Of a stretch of 64,000 bases of DNA, positions 11,680-21,071 are shown one piece after another. Position 1 is the stretch's first letter. Every line of letters begins with the position of its first letter. The position numbers were made by a program, and so were the translations under genes. The stretch comes from an uncultured delta proteobacterium (GTDB taxonomy: Bacteria > Myxococcota_A > Polyangia > Fen-1088): contig CAWCMR010000011.1 of the NCBI GenBank assembly GCA_963796685.1, positions 224,001-288,000 of the forward strand. The letters are read 5' to 3'. The notes beneath the pieces were generated by a model. The model was not told where the DNA came from and did no database searches. It saw nothing but the letters and a program-made list of their open reading frames with translations.

Positions 11680-12078
11680 CAACCGCCGCCGGCCACCGCC
11701 CGCAGCCCGGCCATTGCGTCCCGCATGACGTCGGCGCGGGCCCGGTCGTCGTTCCCGCTCGACTACCGTTCCAAGGCGACGCGCAAGACCGTCATGCCTG
11801 CGTGGGCAGCCAGGCTGGCTTGGGGCTCACCCACGCCTCTGTGGTGCAGTGCCGTTGCCACCCGCCGCGGCATAGTCGGCCAGCTTCGCCAACTCCCGCT
11901 CCCGCAGCTCGGGGTTGGCGGCGATGACGGCGTGTCGCTGGTGGGCCAGGTCCCGGCGGAACTCGCCGAGCATTGCGGCGGCCGCGGCGAGTCCACAGGC
12001 AACGGCGTCGAGGGGCCCGTCCTGCGCCGGCGCCTCGGCCACGCCGACCACGATTCGCTCCTGGAAGAGGGCAGACCC
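11680..12078 (-). pseudogene. TetR family regulator, C-terminal remnant (HTH lost)
   Basis: APAQDGPLDAV..VIAANPELRERELAKL..LHHRGV; no N-terminal HTH; internal stop at 11763. Confidence 0.7.
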
Positions 12079-12820
12079 GCATCGGGCTGGATCGGTTCGG
12101 CCGTGGTGATCCACCTGGCGTTCCAACACGAGGTGGCCTGGAGCGGCAACTTCGCCGCTGCCGCGGCGGCCGACCGGCGGGCCGTAGAGGCCATGGGCGC
12201 GGCCCTGGCCGATTCCGATCGACCGTTGGTCCTCGCCTCGGGCGTGCTGGGGCTGACAGCGGGTCGGGTGGCGACCGAGGACGACGGGCTCGTGTCCAGC
12301 GCCGCCGTTCGGGCCAGCCCCGCCGGGCGCCCGGTCGGCCACCGCCCTCCTCAGGCTGTCGTTGAGGGGCATTGGCGTCCGCTCCTCGGTGCTGCGCTTC
12401 CCCCCGACGGTCCACGGCGACGGCTACCACGGCTTCCTGGCCACCCTGGTGGGCGTCGCCCGCCAGCGGGGCGTGGCCGGATACGTGGGCGACGGGGCCA
12501 ACCGCTGGCCCGCCGTGCACCGCTCCGATGCGGCCCGCCTGGCGCGCCTGGCCGTCGAAGCCGCCCTCGCCGGCTCGGTCTTGCACGCAGTGGGCGACGG
12601 GGGTGTCCCCTTCCGCGAGATCGCCGAGGTGATGGGCCGGCACCTCGAGATCCCGACCGCGTCGGTGGCTCGTGCCGACGCCGTCGCACATTTCGCCCAC
12701 CTGGGCCACTTCGTCGCTCTGGACAGTCCGGCCGCCGCCGCCATCACCGGGGAGCAGCTCGCATGGGTGCCGAGCGGACCCAGCCTGCTCGAAGATCTCG
12801 AGCAGGACCACTACCGCTAA
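12079..12820 (+). pseudogene. Atypical SDR / NAD-dependent epimerase remnant
   Basis: ASGWIGSAVV is fused directly to IHLAF, so the first strand and an internal block are missing; GDGANRWPAVHRSDAARL; LLEDLEQDHY. Confidence 0.75.
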
Positions 12821-12916
12821 GAGAAGGGCGCGGTGCAGCGCCTCTCCGGTCGGGCTGTCGAGGCGAGATCGACGGTTCCGGGGCTGACACCGGCTGGGCC
12901 GGGGATTCTTCGCTGT

Positions 12917-13474
12917 CTAGCGAAGTTGCTCCGAGAGGATCTCCCCGCAGAGCCCGAGGCACTCGTCGCAGATCGTTGGCGGCTTCTGCTCTTGGCGAGT
13001 TGGCGCGGACACGAGAGCTTGCACCTGGGTACGTGCTTTTCCGCAGAACGAGCACGGAAGCTGACTGCCGGTGGGAACAGGTCGCATGGTCGGATCCTTC
13101 GCCGGTCGCCCTGAAGCGGTGACACCGACGGCGGCCAAGATGCAGGGGTCGCAGATGTACACGCCGGGCCCCGCCACGAGCTTGCGGACCTGTCGTTGCT
13201 CGCGCCCACAAAATGAACAGACCCGCTGGGTCGTGGGTTCTTGGCGACGTCGTCGCCGCCACCGGCGAACGCCTCCGTCCTCGATGATCTGGTGGATGCG
13301 TTGGTGGCTGATGCCCAGGGCTTCGGCCACCTCGCGGATCGATGCGCCCGCCAGGTGCAGGCGTCGGACCGTTCGGCGGTATTCCGCCTTGGCTCCCTCG
13401 AGCAGGTCCTCGAGCTCAGCGATCCGGCCCGCCGCGGTGGATGCCTCAGTCAACAGGTCTTGATCGACCGGCAT
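12917..13474 (-). CDS. HTH protein with two tandem ClpX-type C4 zinc fingers
   Basis: [21 protein letters not shown] (HTH); [18 protein letters not shown] and [15 protein letters not shown]. Confidence 0.85.
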   Translation of the reverse strand: MPVDQDLLTEASTAAGRIAELEDLLEGAKAEYRRTVRRLHLAGASIREVAEALGISHQRIHQIIEDGGVRRWRRRRRQEPTTQRVCSFCGREQRQVRKLVAGPGVYICDPCILAAVGVTASGRPAKDPTMRPVPTGSQLPCSFCGKARTQVQALVSAPTRQEQKPPTICDECLGLCGEILSEQLR

Positions 13475-13497
13475 CTGTCTATCTTACATAGACAGAT
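13473..13497. promoter_or_regulatory. Perfect inverted repeat, probable operator
   Basis: ATCTGTCTAT-cttac-ATAGACAGAT overlapping the start codon of the HTH/zf-ClpX gene. Confidence 0.65.
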
Positions 13498-13594
13498 TGG
13501 CCGGCCAAGCGCTTGGTGCATGACCAGTACAACCACCGCGAACTGTGCCGAGAGCGAATTCGGGCATACCTCAGGGTGGAGGTTGATCGATGAC

Positions 13595-15124
13595 TCAGCC
13601 CACGTACTTGTTGAGGACCGAAACGGTGGGGGACGTGGCACTGGAACTGCCTGGAATCTCGCCGGATGCCGATGGATTGAATGTCAATGCGAACGAGTTC
13701 GACCCGGTGATGCCCCCGCACGCCACGATCTGGCCGGTCATCGACGGAGAGTTTGCGTAGGAGGCCTCCCCGGGCGTGTACAGAAAGACGACCAGGCTCG
13801 ACGCGAAGCTGGACGAGTTCGAGACCGAGATGTCCACGGCGGACGTGCTGCACGCGACACCGGGACTGGCTAGGAGCGAGAAGTCGTGCACCGTGGCAGT
13901 GGTGGACGCATAGGTGTCGGAGCCCACGGTTTTGTAGCTCTGCACTTCGAGGACGGTGTCGGCGTTGAAGCTGAACGTTTGCGCCCGGGAGTACGAAGGG
14001 CTACACGAGGTGGCGTCGTAGACGGTCTTGCTGGCCTCGGTGCTGATTGCGGTCATGAACGGGTCGGCTGCACCGCTGGAGTTGCTCTTGAAATATGTCG
14101 CGCAGTTCGCCGACGCCACGTCGACCACACTCCACCCCTGGGACAGCCACGTGACGTCGCTCGGGTTGAGCACCGGGAAGCTCACCGCCGCAGGCATGGT
14201 CTGGCTGGAGAGAGCGAGATCGCCAGAGGTCTTTGTGCCCGGGCTGATGCTCGATCCCCCGGCCAGGGTGATCGTTCCCGACGCGGCGGTGTCGCCCTTG
14301 ATATTGGCAGAGCCGGCCAGAGAGATGTTGCCGCTTGTCTCGGTGGCGGTCCCGGTGACCTCGGCCGAACCGCTCATCGTCAGCGGTCCCGCGTAGGAGA
14401 TCAGATTGCCATTGACCGTCGCACTGTTACCCAGTGTCACCGCACCAGAAGCCGTCAGACCTCCGATGCTGCAGCTACCCGTGAAGTTGACGGTTCCGTA
14501 GGTCGTCACCGAGCCTGGCGAGGTGTCGCCATTGCCGCAGGTCATCGTTCCCCCCGAGTAGATGTTGGCGACATTGGAACCCGAATTGGTCAGGGCGGCC
14601 GCACCGGTGAGGTCCAGAGCGTTGGTCGTGAAGAGGGCGTAGCCGAGTGCCTGGGCGGGCGTGGACGTGGTGGCGATGGCGACGGTCTCGTGCATGGTCG
14701 CAGCCGAGCCGTGGGAAGTCGTTCCCGTCGAGGCAATCGTGGCCGTCGCGGGGGCGGTGACCCCACCAAGCGTCGATCCGCTGCACGTCAGGGGGCTGGG
14801 GTTGGTGCCGCTCGGGTAGTACGTCACGGTGCCCGAGTACGAAGAGACGGCCCCCGGTGCCGTGAGTGAACCGCTAAAGGCACCACACGGCAGATTGGTA
14901 TACACCGACACGTTCCGCATGGCGCTCAATTCGACGGCGAGTCCACTTTGGGCGGCGAGCGAGGACTGGGACGTAGTGCCGAATTGCGTCGAGAGCGTCC
15001 CGGAGAAGTCACTGACCGTGAGAGCCACGACGAGGGCGCCCATGAGGAGCATCGAGACCATGAGCACCATCACGAGGGCACTGCCGCGCTCGTCGCCATG
15101 CACCTGCCTCCGGGGTGCGGTCAT
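13595..15124 (-). CDS. PilX-like minor pilin with large Gly/Ser/Thr-rich beta-helical domain
   Basis: ERG|SALVMVLMV prepilin-like site without E5; SSLAAQSGL; repeated G-x-V/I-x-L turns; ATGA-coupled to the upstream gene. Confidence 0.75.
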   Translation of the reverse strand: MTAPRRQVHGDERGSALVMVLMVSMLLMGALVVALTVSDFSGTLSTQFGTTSQSSLAAQSGLAVELSAMRNVSVYTNLPCGAFSGSLTAPGAVSSYSGTVTYYPSGTNPSPLTCSGSTLGGVTAPATATIASTGTTSHGSAATMHETVAIATTSTPAQALGYALFTTNALDLTGAAALTNSGSNVANIYSGGTMTCGNGDTSPGSVTTYGTVNFTGSCSIGGLTASGAVTLGNSATVNGNLISYAGPLTMSGSAEVTGTATETSGNISLAGSANIKGDTAASGTITLAGGSSISPGTKTSGDLALSSQTMPAAVSFPVLNPSDVTWLSQGWSVVDVASANCATYFKSNSSGAADPFMTAISTEASKTVYDATSCSPSYSRAQTFSFNADTVLEVQSYKTVGSDTYASTTATVHDFSLLASPGVACSTSAVDISVSNSSSFASSLVVFLYTPGEASYANSPSMTGQIVACGGITGSNSFALTFNPSASGEIPGSSSATSPTVSVLNKYVG

Positions 15125-15801
15125 GTCCAACCCTCCTGTGTGACGGCGGTGGCACACGAGACGGTGGGGCTCGACGAGTAGGGGGTGTCGAAGGCCGAGA
15201 TCGACCCCTTCAGGGCGACCGACTGGGACGTATTCGAATAGGTCTCCATCGCCTGGAGGTCGAGTGCGAGCTCCTGGGGGGAACCGGTGGTCACCGTGGG
15301 AAGCGAGAACGGGGCCGTTGAGGAGTTCACGATCTTCGAAGCGATCGGGATCCATTGCGGGACGGCGTCGCCAACGACCCAGTTCGTCGGCCACGTCTGC
15401 TCGGAGAGCACATGGGTGGTGGTGTTCACCATCCACTGATCCCATTGCGTCGTGCCAAAGGCCCCGGACAGCACTCGGACGGCGAAGCCGGATGCGACCG
15501 TTGGCCCGGCCGACGTCATCTGCGTCGGCAGACAAATCTGGCTGGCCGATTCGACTCGACTCTGGAGGTCCTCCAGTGCCGTTCTCACCTGGGCCGAACC
15601 AGCGGCGGTGCCTTGCGTGTAGGCACTCGAGTCGGTGACCGCCTTGATCGCAACGGGGACCATGAACAGCAAGATCAAGGTGACGGTCATCGCCATGGCT
15701 AGTTCGATGAGCGTGAAGCCATCACTGCCGGCATGTCTCGGTGTCTGGAGGACACGGGTCGGGGCGGACTTGCGATCGCGCCGGTCCCACAGGGGTGTCA
15801 T
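15121..15801 (-). CDS. PilW-like type IV minor pilin
   Basis: DG|FTLIELAMAM class III signal peptide. Confidence 0.85.
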   Translation of the reverse strand: MTPLWDRRDRKSAPTRVLQTPRHAGSDGFTLIELAMAMTVTLILLFMVPVAIKAVTDSSAYTQGTAAGSAQVRTALEDLQSRVESASQICLPTQMTSAGPTVASGFAVRVLSGAFGTTQWDQWMVNTTTHVLSEQTWPTNWVVGDAVPQWIPIASKIVNSSTAPFSLPTVTTGSPQELALDLQAMETYSNTSQSVALKGSISAFDTPYSSSPTVSCATAVTQEGWT

Positions 15802-16356
15802 GGGGCGGCGATCTCGGTCTCGCCCACGACCTGTCCCGTCCCTCCCAGTGCAGAAGGCCAGGTCACGATCACGATGACCGTGACAATGCCGTTGGAGATC
15901 GACTCAGGATAGGTCATCACCTTGTAGGGGATGCCCACCGTCGTCGTCGTGATATGAGGCACCAGCGGGCTCTCTGAGCAAATTGGCGTTCGTGGTGGCG
16001 AGGGTCGCTCCCGTGAGCGTGAGGGTGTAGGTCGAGCCGCTCACGTGGATGTTCGGGTCGCTGGAGAGCGTGTCGACGCTCGGGTTCAGGCCCGCTGTGA
16101 GATCGGCGAACGGGAGGGACGTCACGTCGGCCACGTCAGCCGAGACCAGGGTGTAGGCGACCGAACGCTGTTGGGCAATCGACGCCGCCACCGTCGACGC
16201 CATCGTCCCTGAACCCGCAGCCAGAATCACCACCGCGAACAGCGAGGACGCCATGAGCACGTCGAGCATGACGAAGCCGCCGTCGGGGGGGCGGTATCCA
16301 TGTCGGGTCCGGCGCCGCGACGCCCAGGCTCGCGCGCTCTTCCGGGAGTGCCACAT
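15798..16356 (-). CDS. PilV-like type IV minor pilin (frameshift at ~15978)
   Basis: GG|FVMLDVLMA (D at +5); C-terminal VTVIVIVTW..ETEIAAP*; ATGA overlap with the next gene. Confidence 0.75.
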
Positions 16357-16774
16357 GACCCGTGTGAGGACACGTGAGACGCAGGAGTCAGCCCGCGGCT
16401 GACTGGTGCATCGTGCACCACGCACTCCCTGCATCCTCGTGCACTCCCTCCGTGCCGTACCTAGCAGAACCGGTAAAGCATCGGCTCGTGATCCACAAAA
16501 CTTGAACAACGAGCCCCCTCGAGTTGGGGTTCGTTCGCCTATGCAATTAGCGGTGGGGAGTTGGGGATGACACTTGGTGCGGTTCGATCCGAGGAGCCTC
16601 AAGGTGTGCCCGGTGCGGGCCGAGAGAAGAGCGGGGCCTTCGTCCTACCCCTTGCCATCCATAGCAGCGACCCCCGGCTTGTCACGGGGGTCGTTGCGCG
16701 TCGGAACCGCTCCGGTTCGTGGAGCGGTGCCCGCTCCTCGATGCGCTCGGGCCCAACGACCGGGGCCGTCCCGG

Positions 16775-16808
16775 GGTTGTAACACGCCAGCCCCTTGGAG
16801 CGATGTCA
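16775..16808 (+). promoter_or_regulatory. Putative ECF promoter, copy 1
   Basis: GGTTGTAAC-N17-CGATGTCA; both boxes and the spacing are identical to the copy at 17927. Confidence 0.7.
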
Positions 16809-16814
16809 ACTCCT

Positions 16815-17123
16815 GTGCTCAATCCCCACGGCTTCAACCAAGACAGCGCAGATGTCTTCTTCACCAGGAGATCTCCTGCCAAGACTGCTCCGAGGAACCT
16901 AAGGGTGGTGAAGGCCACGGCTCCCTCGGCGGCAACGTCACCGCAAGATCACGAAACGGTCGCCTTCATGGACGCTTCCGGTTCGCTGTGGGCGAAGCAG
17001 CCTTCGGTGGCAGCGTCCACATCGTGGCTGACCGCTCTTCGATTTCGGTATCGACCCAAGGTGCCGAGAACATCGTCTGACCGAGTACAACGACGCCTGG
17101 CTTCCACTCGCGTGAAGAGGTAG
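16815..17123 (+). CDS. Small hypothetical protein, possibly leaderless
   Basis: In-frame GTG just downstream of promoter copy 1 (alternative ATG at 16803); no recognised domain. Confidence 0.35.
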   Translation: MLNPHGFNQDSADVFFTRRSPAKTAPRNLRVVKATAPSAATSPQDHETVAFMDASGSLWAKQPSVAASTSWLTALRFRYRPKVPRTSSDRVQRRLASTRVKR

Positions 17124-17387
17124 CGGCTGGGAAGAGGAGGTCTTCCAGGCGCGGCCGGGCTCTCATCAGCGGGCCCCCTGTTACCAAACCGATGGCCATT
17201 CCCCACCCTGCTGGCACCTGGCTGCGGCCAAACAGCATCGCGGGGCGTCGAAGCCGAGACAGCGCACCAGTGAGCCTAAGTGTCCGAACCTTCAGGGCGT
17301 CAGGCACCGCGCTGGCTTCCGTGGTCCGTGGTTTCGGACGTTACCGTTGGGCTTCAGTTGTTATGGCCGTGTGCCGATAAGGAAGGG

Positions 17388-17942
17388 ATGGATTCTGCGC
17401 CGTCGGGAAACATCCTGGACGCCGCTCGGGCCGGCGACGAGTGGGCCACCACCTGCCTTTTCCGCACCTCAAATCCGGCTCTGCTTCGATACCTCCGTCA
17501 TCACACGCCGGACGTCGCAGAAGACCTGTTGGCAGAGACCTGGTTGGCGGCCGCCAAGCACCTCCCTGCATTTCAGGGCGACGCAGACGACTTCCGGGCC
17601 TGGCTCTTTACCGTGGCACGGCGTCGGGTTGCCGATCACTATCGGCGACGGAACCGTCGACCACGCTCTGTGGACTTGGATCCCGAGATGCTCCCGCCCG
17701 CACCCCATAGGACCGATGAGTCGGCGCTCGGTACGGTGTCAGCACAGAGCGCCATCGTTGCGTTGGTTCGCGATCTCCCCGCTGACCAGGCAGAGGTCGT
17801 CTTGCTCCGGGTAGTGGCTGATCTGAGTGTGGAACAGGTGGCCAAGATGACGGGGCGGAGTCCTGGATCGGTACGGGTCCTCCAGCACCGCGCCCTTCGA
17901 CGCCTTGAAACCCGGTGGGCCAGGGAGGTTGTAACGCCGTAG
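17388..17942 (+). CDS. ECF RNA polymerase sigma-70 factor
   Basis: AEDLLAETW, FRAWLFTVARRRVADH, LPADQAEVVLLRVV..GSVRVLQHRALRRL. Confidence 0.92.
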   Translation: MDSAPSGNILDAARAGDEWATTCLFRTSNPALLRYLRHHTPDVAEDLLAETWLAAAKHLPAFQGDADDFRAWLFTVARRRVADHYRRRNRRPRSVDLDPEMLPPAPHRTDESALGTVSAQSAIVALVRDLPADQAEVVLLRVVADLSVEQVAKMTGRSPGSVRVLQHRALRRLETRWAREVVTP

Positions 17943-17960
17943 CGGGTTCTGGCGATGTCA
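17927..17960 (+). promoter_or_regulatory. Putative ECF promoter, copy 2 (overlapping the sigma 3' end)
   Basis: GGTTGTAAC-N17-CGATGTCA, 8 nt before the anti-sigma ATG at 17969. Confidence 0.7.
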
Positions 17961-17968
17961 GGGGTGAG

Positions 17969-18895
17969 ATGAGCCCAGATCCCTTCGACGACCGCACCGC
18001 GGATGCGTTCCTGACCGGGGCCATCGCCCCCACCGACGCGCCCCTTGGCTACCGGTACGCCGCCGACCTGATCCGTGCCGCCCGCTCGCCCGCCTCGACG
18101 GGGGAGCTCGCCGCCGAGGACCAGGTCGTAGCCACCCTCCTCGCCGCGGCTCGGGAGGCGATCCCTCGGGTCGCGAATCCCAGGAGGCACACCCTCGGGA
18201 AGATCCTCACCCTCAAAGGGGCGGTTCTCGCTTCCATCATCTTCGGGGGAGGCGTCGCGGTCGCAGCCACGGGGGGTGTGCCGACGCCCGTTCGGTCGGC
18301 GATCTCTGCGGGTCTCTCCGCGGTGGGATTGGCCCCTTCACACGCCGCCGGTCCCCCCACCATACCCGTGGACCGCCCCGGGCCCACCGGTACGACGACG
18401 AGCGAGCCTCGGAACCCAGGAGCGAGTACGAATGCGGGTGACCTATGCCCACCGAACATGGTCATCTCCGACTCGAGTGCGGGGGCAGGCGGCGTGACGA
18501 CGACCCGGCCGGGGTCCTCGACGGCAAGGTGCATCCCGGTGGAACCTGCCGTGGTCCCCGCTCTTCCCGAGGGCAATAGCGGTTCGAACACTCCTGCACC
18601 CAACGGCAACTCGAACGGAGCGGTTGCGAATCTGCCCGCTCCTACCACAACCACAGCGCCGCCCAAGAACCCGTCACATGGTCCACCGGCCGGGACGCCC
18701 AATGGACCGCCCACAACAGCAATCACCACGACTACTACCACGAACGCCACGACTGTCCCGGCTCGAAGTGGGAACAACGGAAATGGGAACAACAACGGCA
18801 AGGGAAACGGGAACGGGAAGGGCAACAGCAGCGGGAAAACAGCGGCTATCCGAAGCTCGGCCATCGTAAGCGCCGTGACAGAAGAAGCGTCATGA
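17969..18895 (+). CDS. Probable membrane anti-sigma factor with Pro/Thr-rich and Gly-Asn-Lys low-complexity tail
   Basis: Directly after the sigma gene; cytoplasmic N-terminus, TM (GAVLASIIFGGGVAVAATG), tail ending GNNGNGNNNGKGNGNGKGN. Confidence 0.7.
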   Translation: MSPDPFDDRTADAFLTGAIAPTDAPLGYRYAADLIRAARSPASTGELAAEDQVVATLLAAAREAIPRVANPRRHTLGKILTLKGAVLASIIFGGGVAVAATGGVPTPVRSAISAGLSAVGLAPSHAAGPPTIPVDRPGPTGTTTSEPRNPGASTNAGDLCPPNMVISDSSAGAGGVTTTRPGSSTARCIPVEPAVVPALPEGNSGSNTPAPNGNSNGAVANLPAPTTTTAPPKNPSHGPPAGTPNGPPTTAITTTTTTNATTVPARSGNNGNGNNNGKGNGNGKGNSSGKTAAIRSSAIVSAVTEEAS

Positions 18896-20421
18896 CCTCG
18901 TCACGGCTCCAGGTCTCCGCCGAGACGATGAACCCAAGAGCATTCCTGGCCCGGGTGGGGCGGCAACCACAGGAGGCTGGCTACTCGCTGATCGAAGTCG
19001 TCGTTGCCCTCGGTCTGCTGGCGATCACGCTCTTGCCCTTGGCGAGCGTCTTCTATGGGGCAGAGGCAGCGAATTCGGCAAACCGCGAATACGGCGATGC
19101 CATCGCGATCGCTGACGGCCAGCTCGCCCAGGCTGGTGGCGTGACGTACGCGAACCTGGGCTTCTACGTATCCCAGTCACCGCCATCGGCGTACCGCGGG
19201 CAACCTACCGTCATCCTGGGGACGGCCCCACCGGCAGGGGAGTCCGCGCAGATCGCACTCACCAGCACTCCTCAGCAGGTCGGTTCAATTGTCTACACGG
19301 CGCAGAACTACGTGGTGTGGGCAGCCGGATCGGGCGGAGACAGCTGCGCCTACAAAGAAATCTACGCCGTGGTGTCGTGGAATGAAGCTGGGAAAACGGC
19401 GCAGGTCATCCAATCCACCCTCGTCTATCCAGGGGGACTCGGAAAGTACACCGGCTCGCAATGTGTGAATTTCGTCGTTTCCACGACGCAAGGCTCGACA
19501 ATGGCATCGGTGGCGTCGGGCGGCTTCCCCGGGGTTGTGGTGGGAATGGCCGTGTCGGGAACCAACGTCGCGGTCGGCACGACCGTGGTGTCGTTGTCGG
19601 GCAACACCCTGGTTCTCTCCCAGGCAGCCACCGGAACAGGCAGCCAGACCCTCACGTTTGGTGCCGGGACGTCGGGCTCCGATGTCACGCCCGACAATGT
19701 CTCGGGTCTGGCCGTGGCCGTGCCGGCTGATCCGGCGGGAGAAACCCAACTCAATCTCAGCTGGACCGCCCCGCTCGACACGCCGGGATACTTCGTCGCC
19801 GAGTGGGCGCCGGACCCCGGGGGCCAGGGGCATTTGGCGTTTCCCGATACGACCGGGACGTCTTCGGCGTGGGCGCCTACCGGATCATCGACGAGCGGTT
19901 CCATTCTCGCCACTGCCACGACGTTCACTGTGACCGGCCTGGCACCGAGCACCGCCTACTGGTTCGAGATCGTGTCCTTCTCGACGGGTGGAGATCAATG
20001 GGCCGTCTCTCAGACCTGGGTCACGGCCGCCACGCTTTCGCCCCCGCCGCAGCCGTGTGCGCTCAATACCTTGACCGTCAGCCAAGCCGGTCAGACTTCT
20101 GGTCAGGCCACCGTGGCGAAGAGCAGCGGTGACCTCATGCAGCCCATCACGATGACGGTGACGTACTCGGGCACCTGCACGGCCGGCGCGGACGCCGTGA
20201 CGGTGGCGGCCTCGTCGAGCGGGGCTGATCCCGGATCTCCGTACACCCTGTCGTGGGGAACGAACCAGTACACCTACAACCTGCCGACCGGATTGTGTCC
20301 CGTCGGGACGGGTTTTATCACCGGCACCCATACCTACACGGTCTCACACAACGGCGTGGTCACGAGCCTGACGGCGCAGGTGTCCTTTAGCCAGGACAAG
20401 AAGGGGACGCCGGCATGTTGA
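18892..20421 (+). CDS. PilV-like prepilin with FnIII and additional beta domains
   Basis: AG|YSLIEVVVALG; FnIII motifs LNLSWTAP and TVTGLAPSTAYWFEIVS; ATGA-coupled to the anti-sigma gene. Confidence 0.85.
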   Translation: MTSSRLQVSAETMNPRAFLARVGRQPQEAGYSLIEVVVALGLLAITLLPLASVFYGAEAANSANREYGDAIAIADGQLAQAGGVTYANLGFYVSQSPPSAYRGQPTVILGTAPPAGESAQIALTSTPQQVGSIVYTAQNYVVWAAGSGGDSCAYKEIYAVVSWNEAGKTAQVIQSTLVYPGGLGKYTGSQCVNFVVSTTQGSTMASVASGGFPGVVVGMAVSGTNVAVGTTVVSLSGNTLVLSQAATGTGSQTLTFGAGTSGSDVTPDNVSGLAVAVPADPAGETQLNLSWTAPLDTPGYFVAEWAPDPGGQGHLAFPDTTGTSSAWAPTGSSTSGSILATATTFTVTGLAPSTAYWFEIVSFSTGGDQWAVSQTWVTAATLSPPPQPCALNTLTVSQAGQTSGQATVAKSSGDLMQPITMTVTYSGTCTAGADAVTVAASSSGADPGSPYTLSWGTNQYTYNLPTGLCPVGTGFITGTHTYTVSHNGVVTSLTAQVSFSQDKKGTPAC

Positions 20422-21071
20422 TCGCCGCAGATCGCTCCCTTGGTCTCCGTGGCCGCCAGCCTCGCAGTGAAGAAGGAACGACACTGGTCGAGCTCCTGGT
20501 GGCGTCCGGGCTCTCTCTGGTGATCTTGACGTTGATGACGACAATGTTGACGGTGTACGCCAAGGCGGATACCGCAACGGTCAACAACGCCAACGCGGCC
20601 GCCAACGTCCGGCTCGCCCTGCTGGCCCTCCAGCACGACATCCAGTCAGCCAACCCACTGGCAACTCTGTCGACCGTGGCGACGTACAACGACGAACTCC
20701 AGCTCACCGTCCAACCGTCCGGGCAGCTGATCACCTGGCAGTACAGCTACACGACAGCGAACTGTCCCGGCACTTCTTCGACCTGGTGTGGGACCCTGAC
20801 ACGTCAGGCCGGCTCGAACACGCCCGTGACCGAGCTCACCGCCGTGACAAACGGCGACCCGTCGAACGGTGGTCTGCCGGTCTTCAGCTACTACGACCAT
20901 TGCGCGATCAACCAAGTGACTGAGCCCCAGGCCACGCCGGCCAGCGTCAGCGCCGCTACCACCGTTGTGCAGATCACCCTCTCCGTAGCGAATCTCAACT
21001 CGGCACCGTACGGGACCACCACCAGGGTGAACCTGATGAACCAACCCCCAGGAGCAAGCCGATGCGGCTGA
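20415..21071 (+). CDS. PilW-like type IV minor pilin
   Basis: EEG|TTLVELLVASG; LQHDIQSA; VFSYYD; overlaps both neighbours. Confidence 0.85.
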   Translation: MLIAADRSLGLRGRQPRSEEGTTLVELLVASGLSLVILTLMTTMLTVYAKADTATVNNANAAANVRLALLALQHDIQSANPLATLSTVATYNDELQLTVQPSGQLITWQYSYTTANCPGTSSTWCGTLTRQAGSNTPVTELTAVTNGDPSNGGLPVFSYYDHCAINQVTEPQATPASVSAATTVVQITLSVANLNSAPYGTTTRVNLMNQPPGASRCG

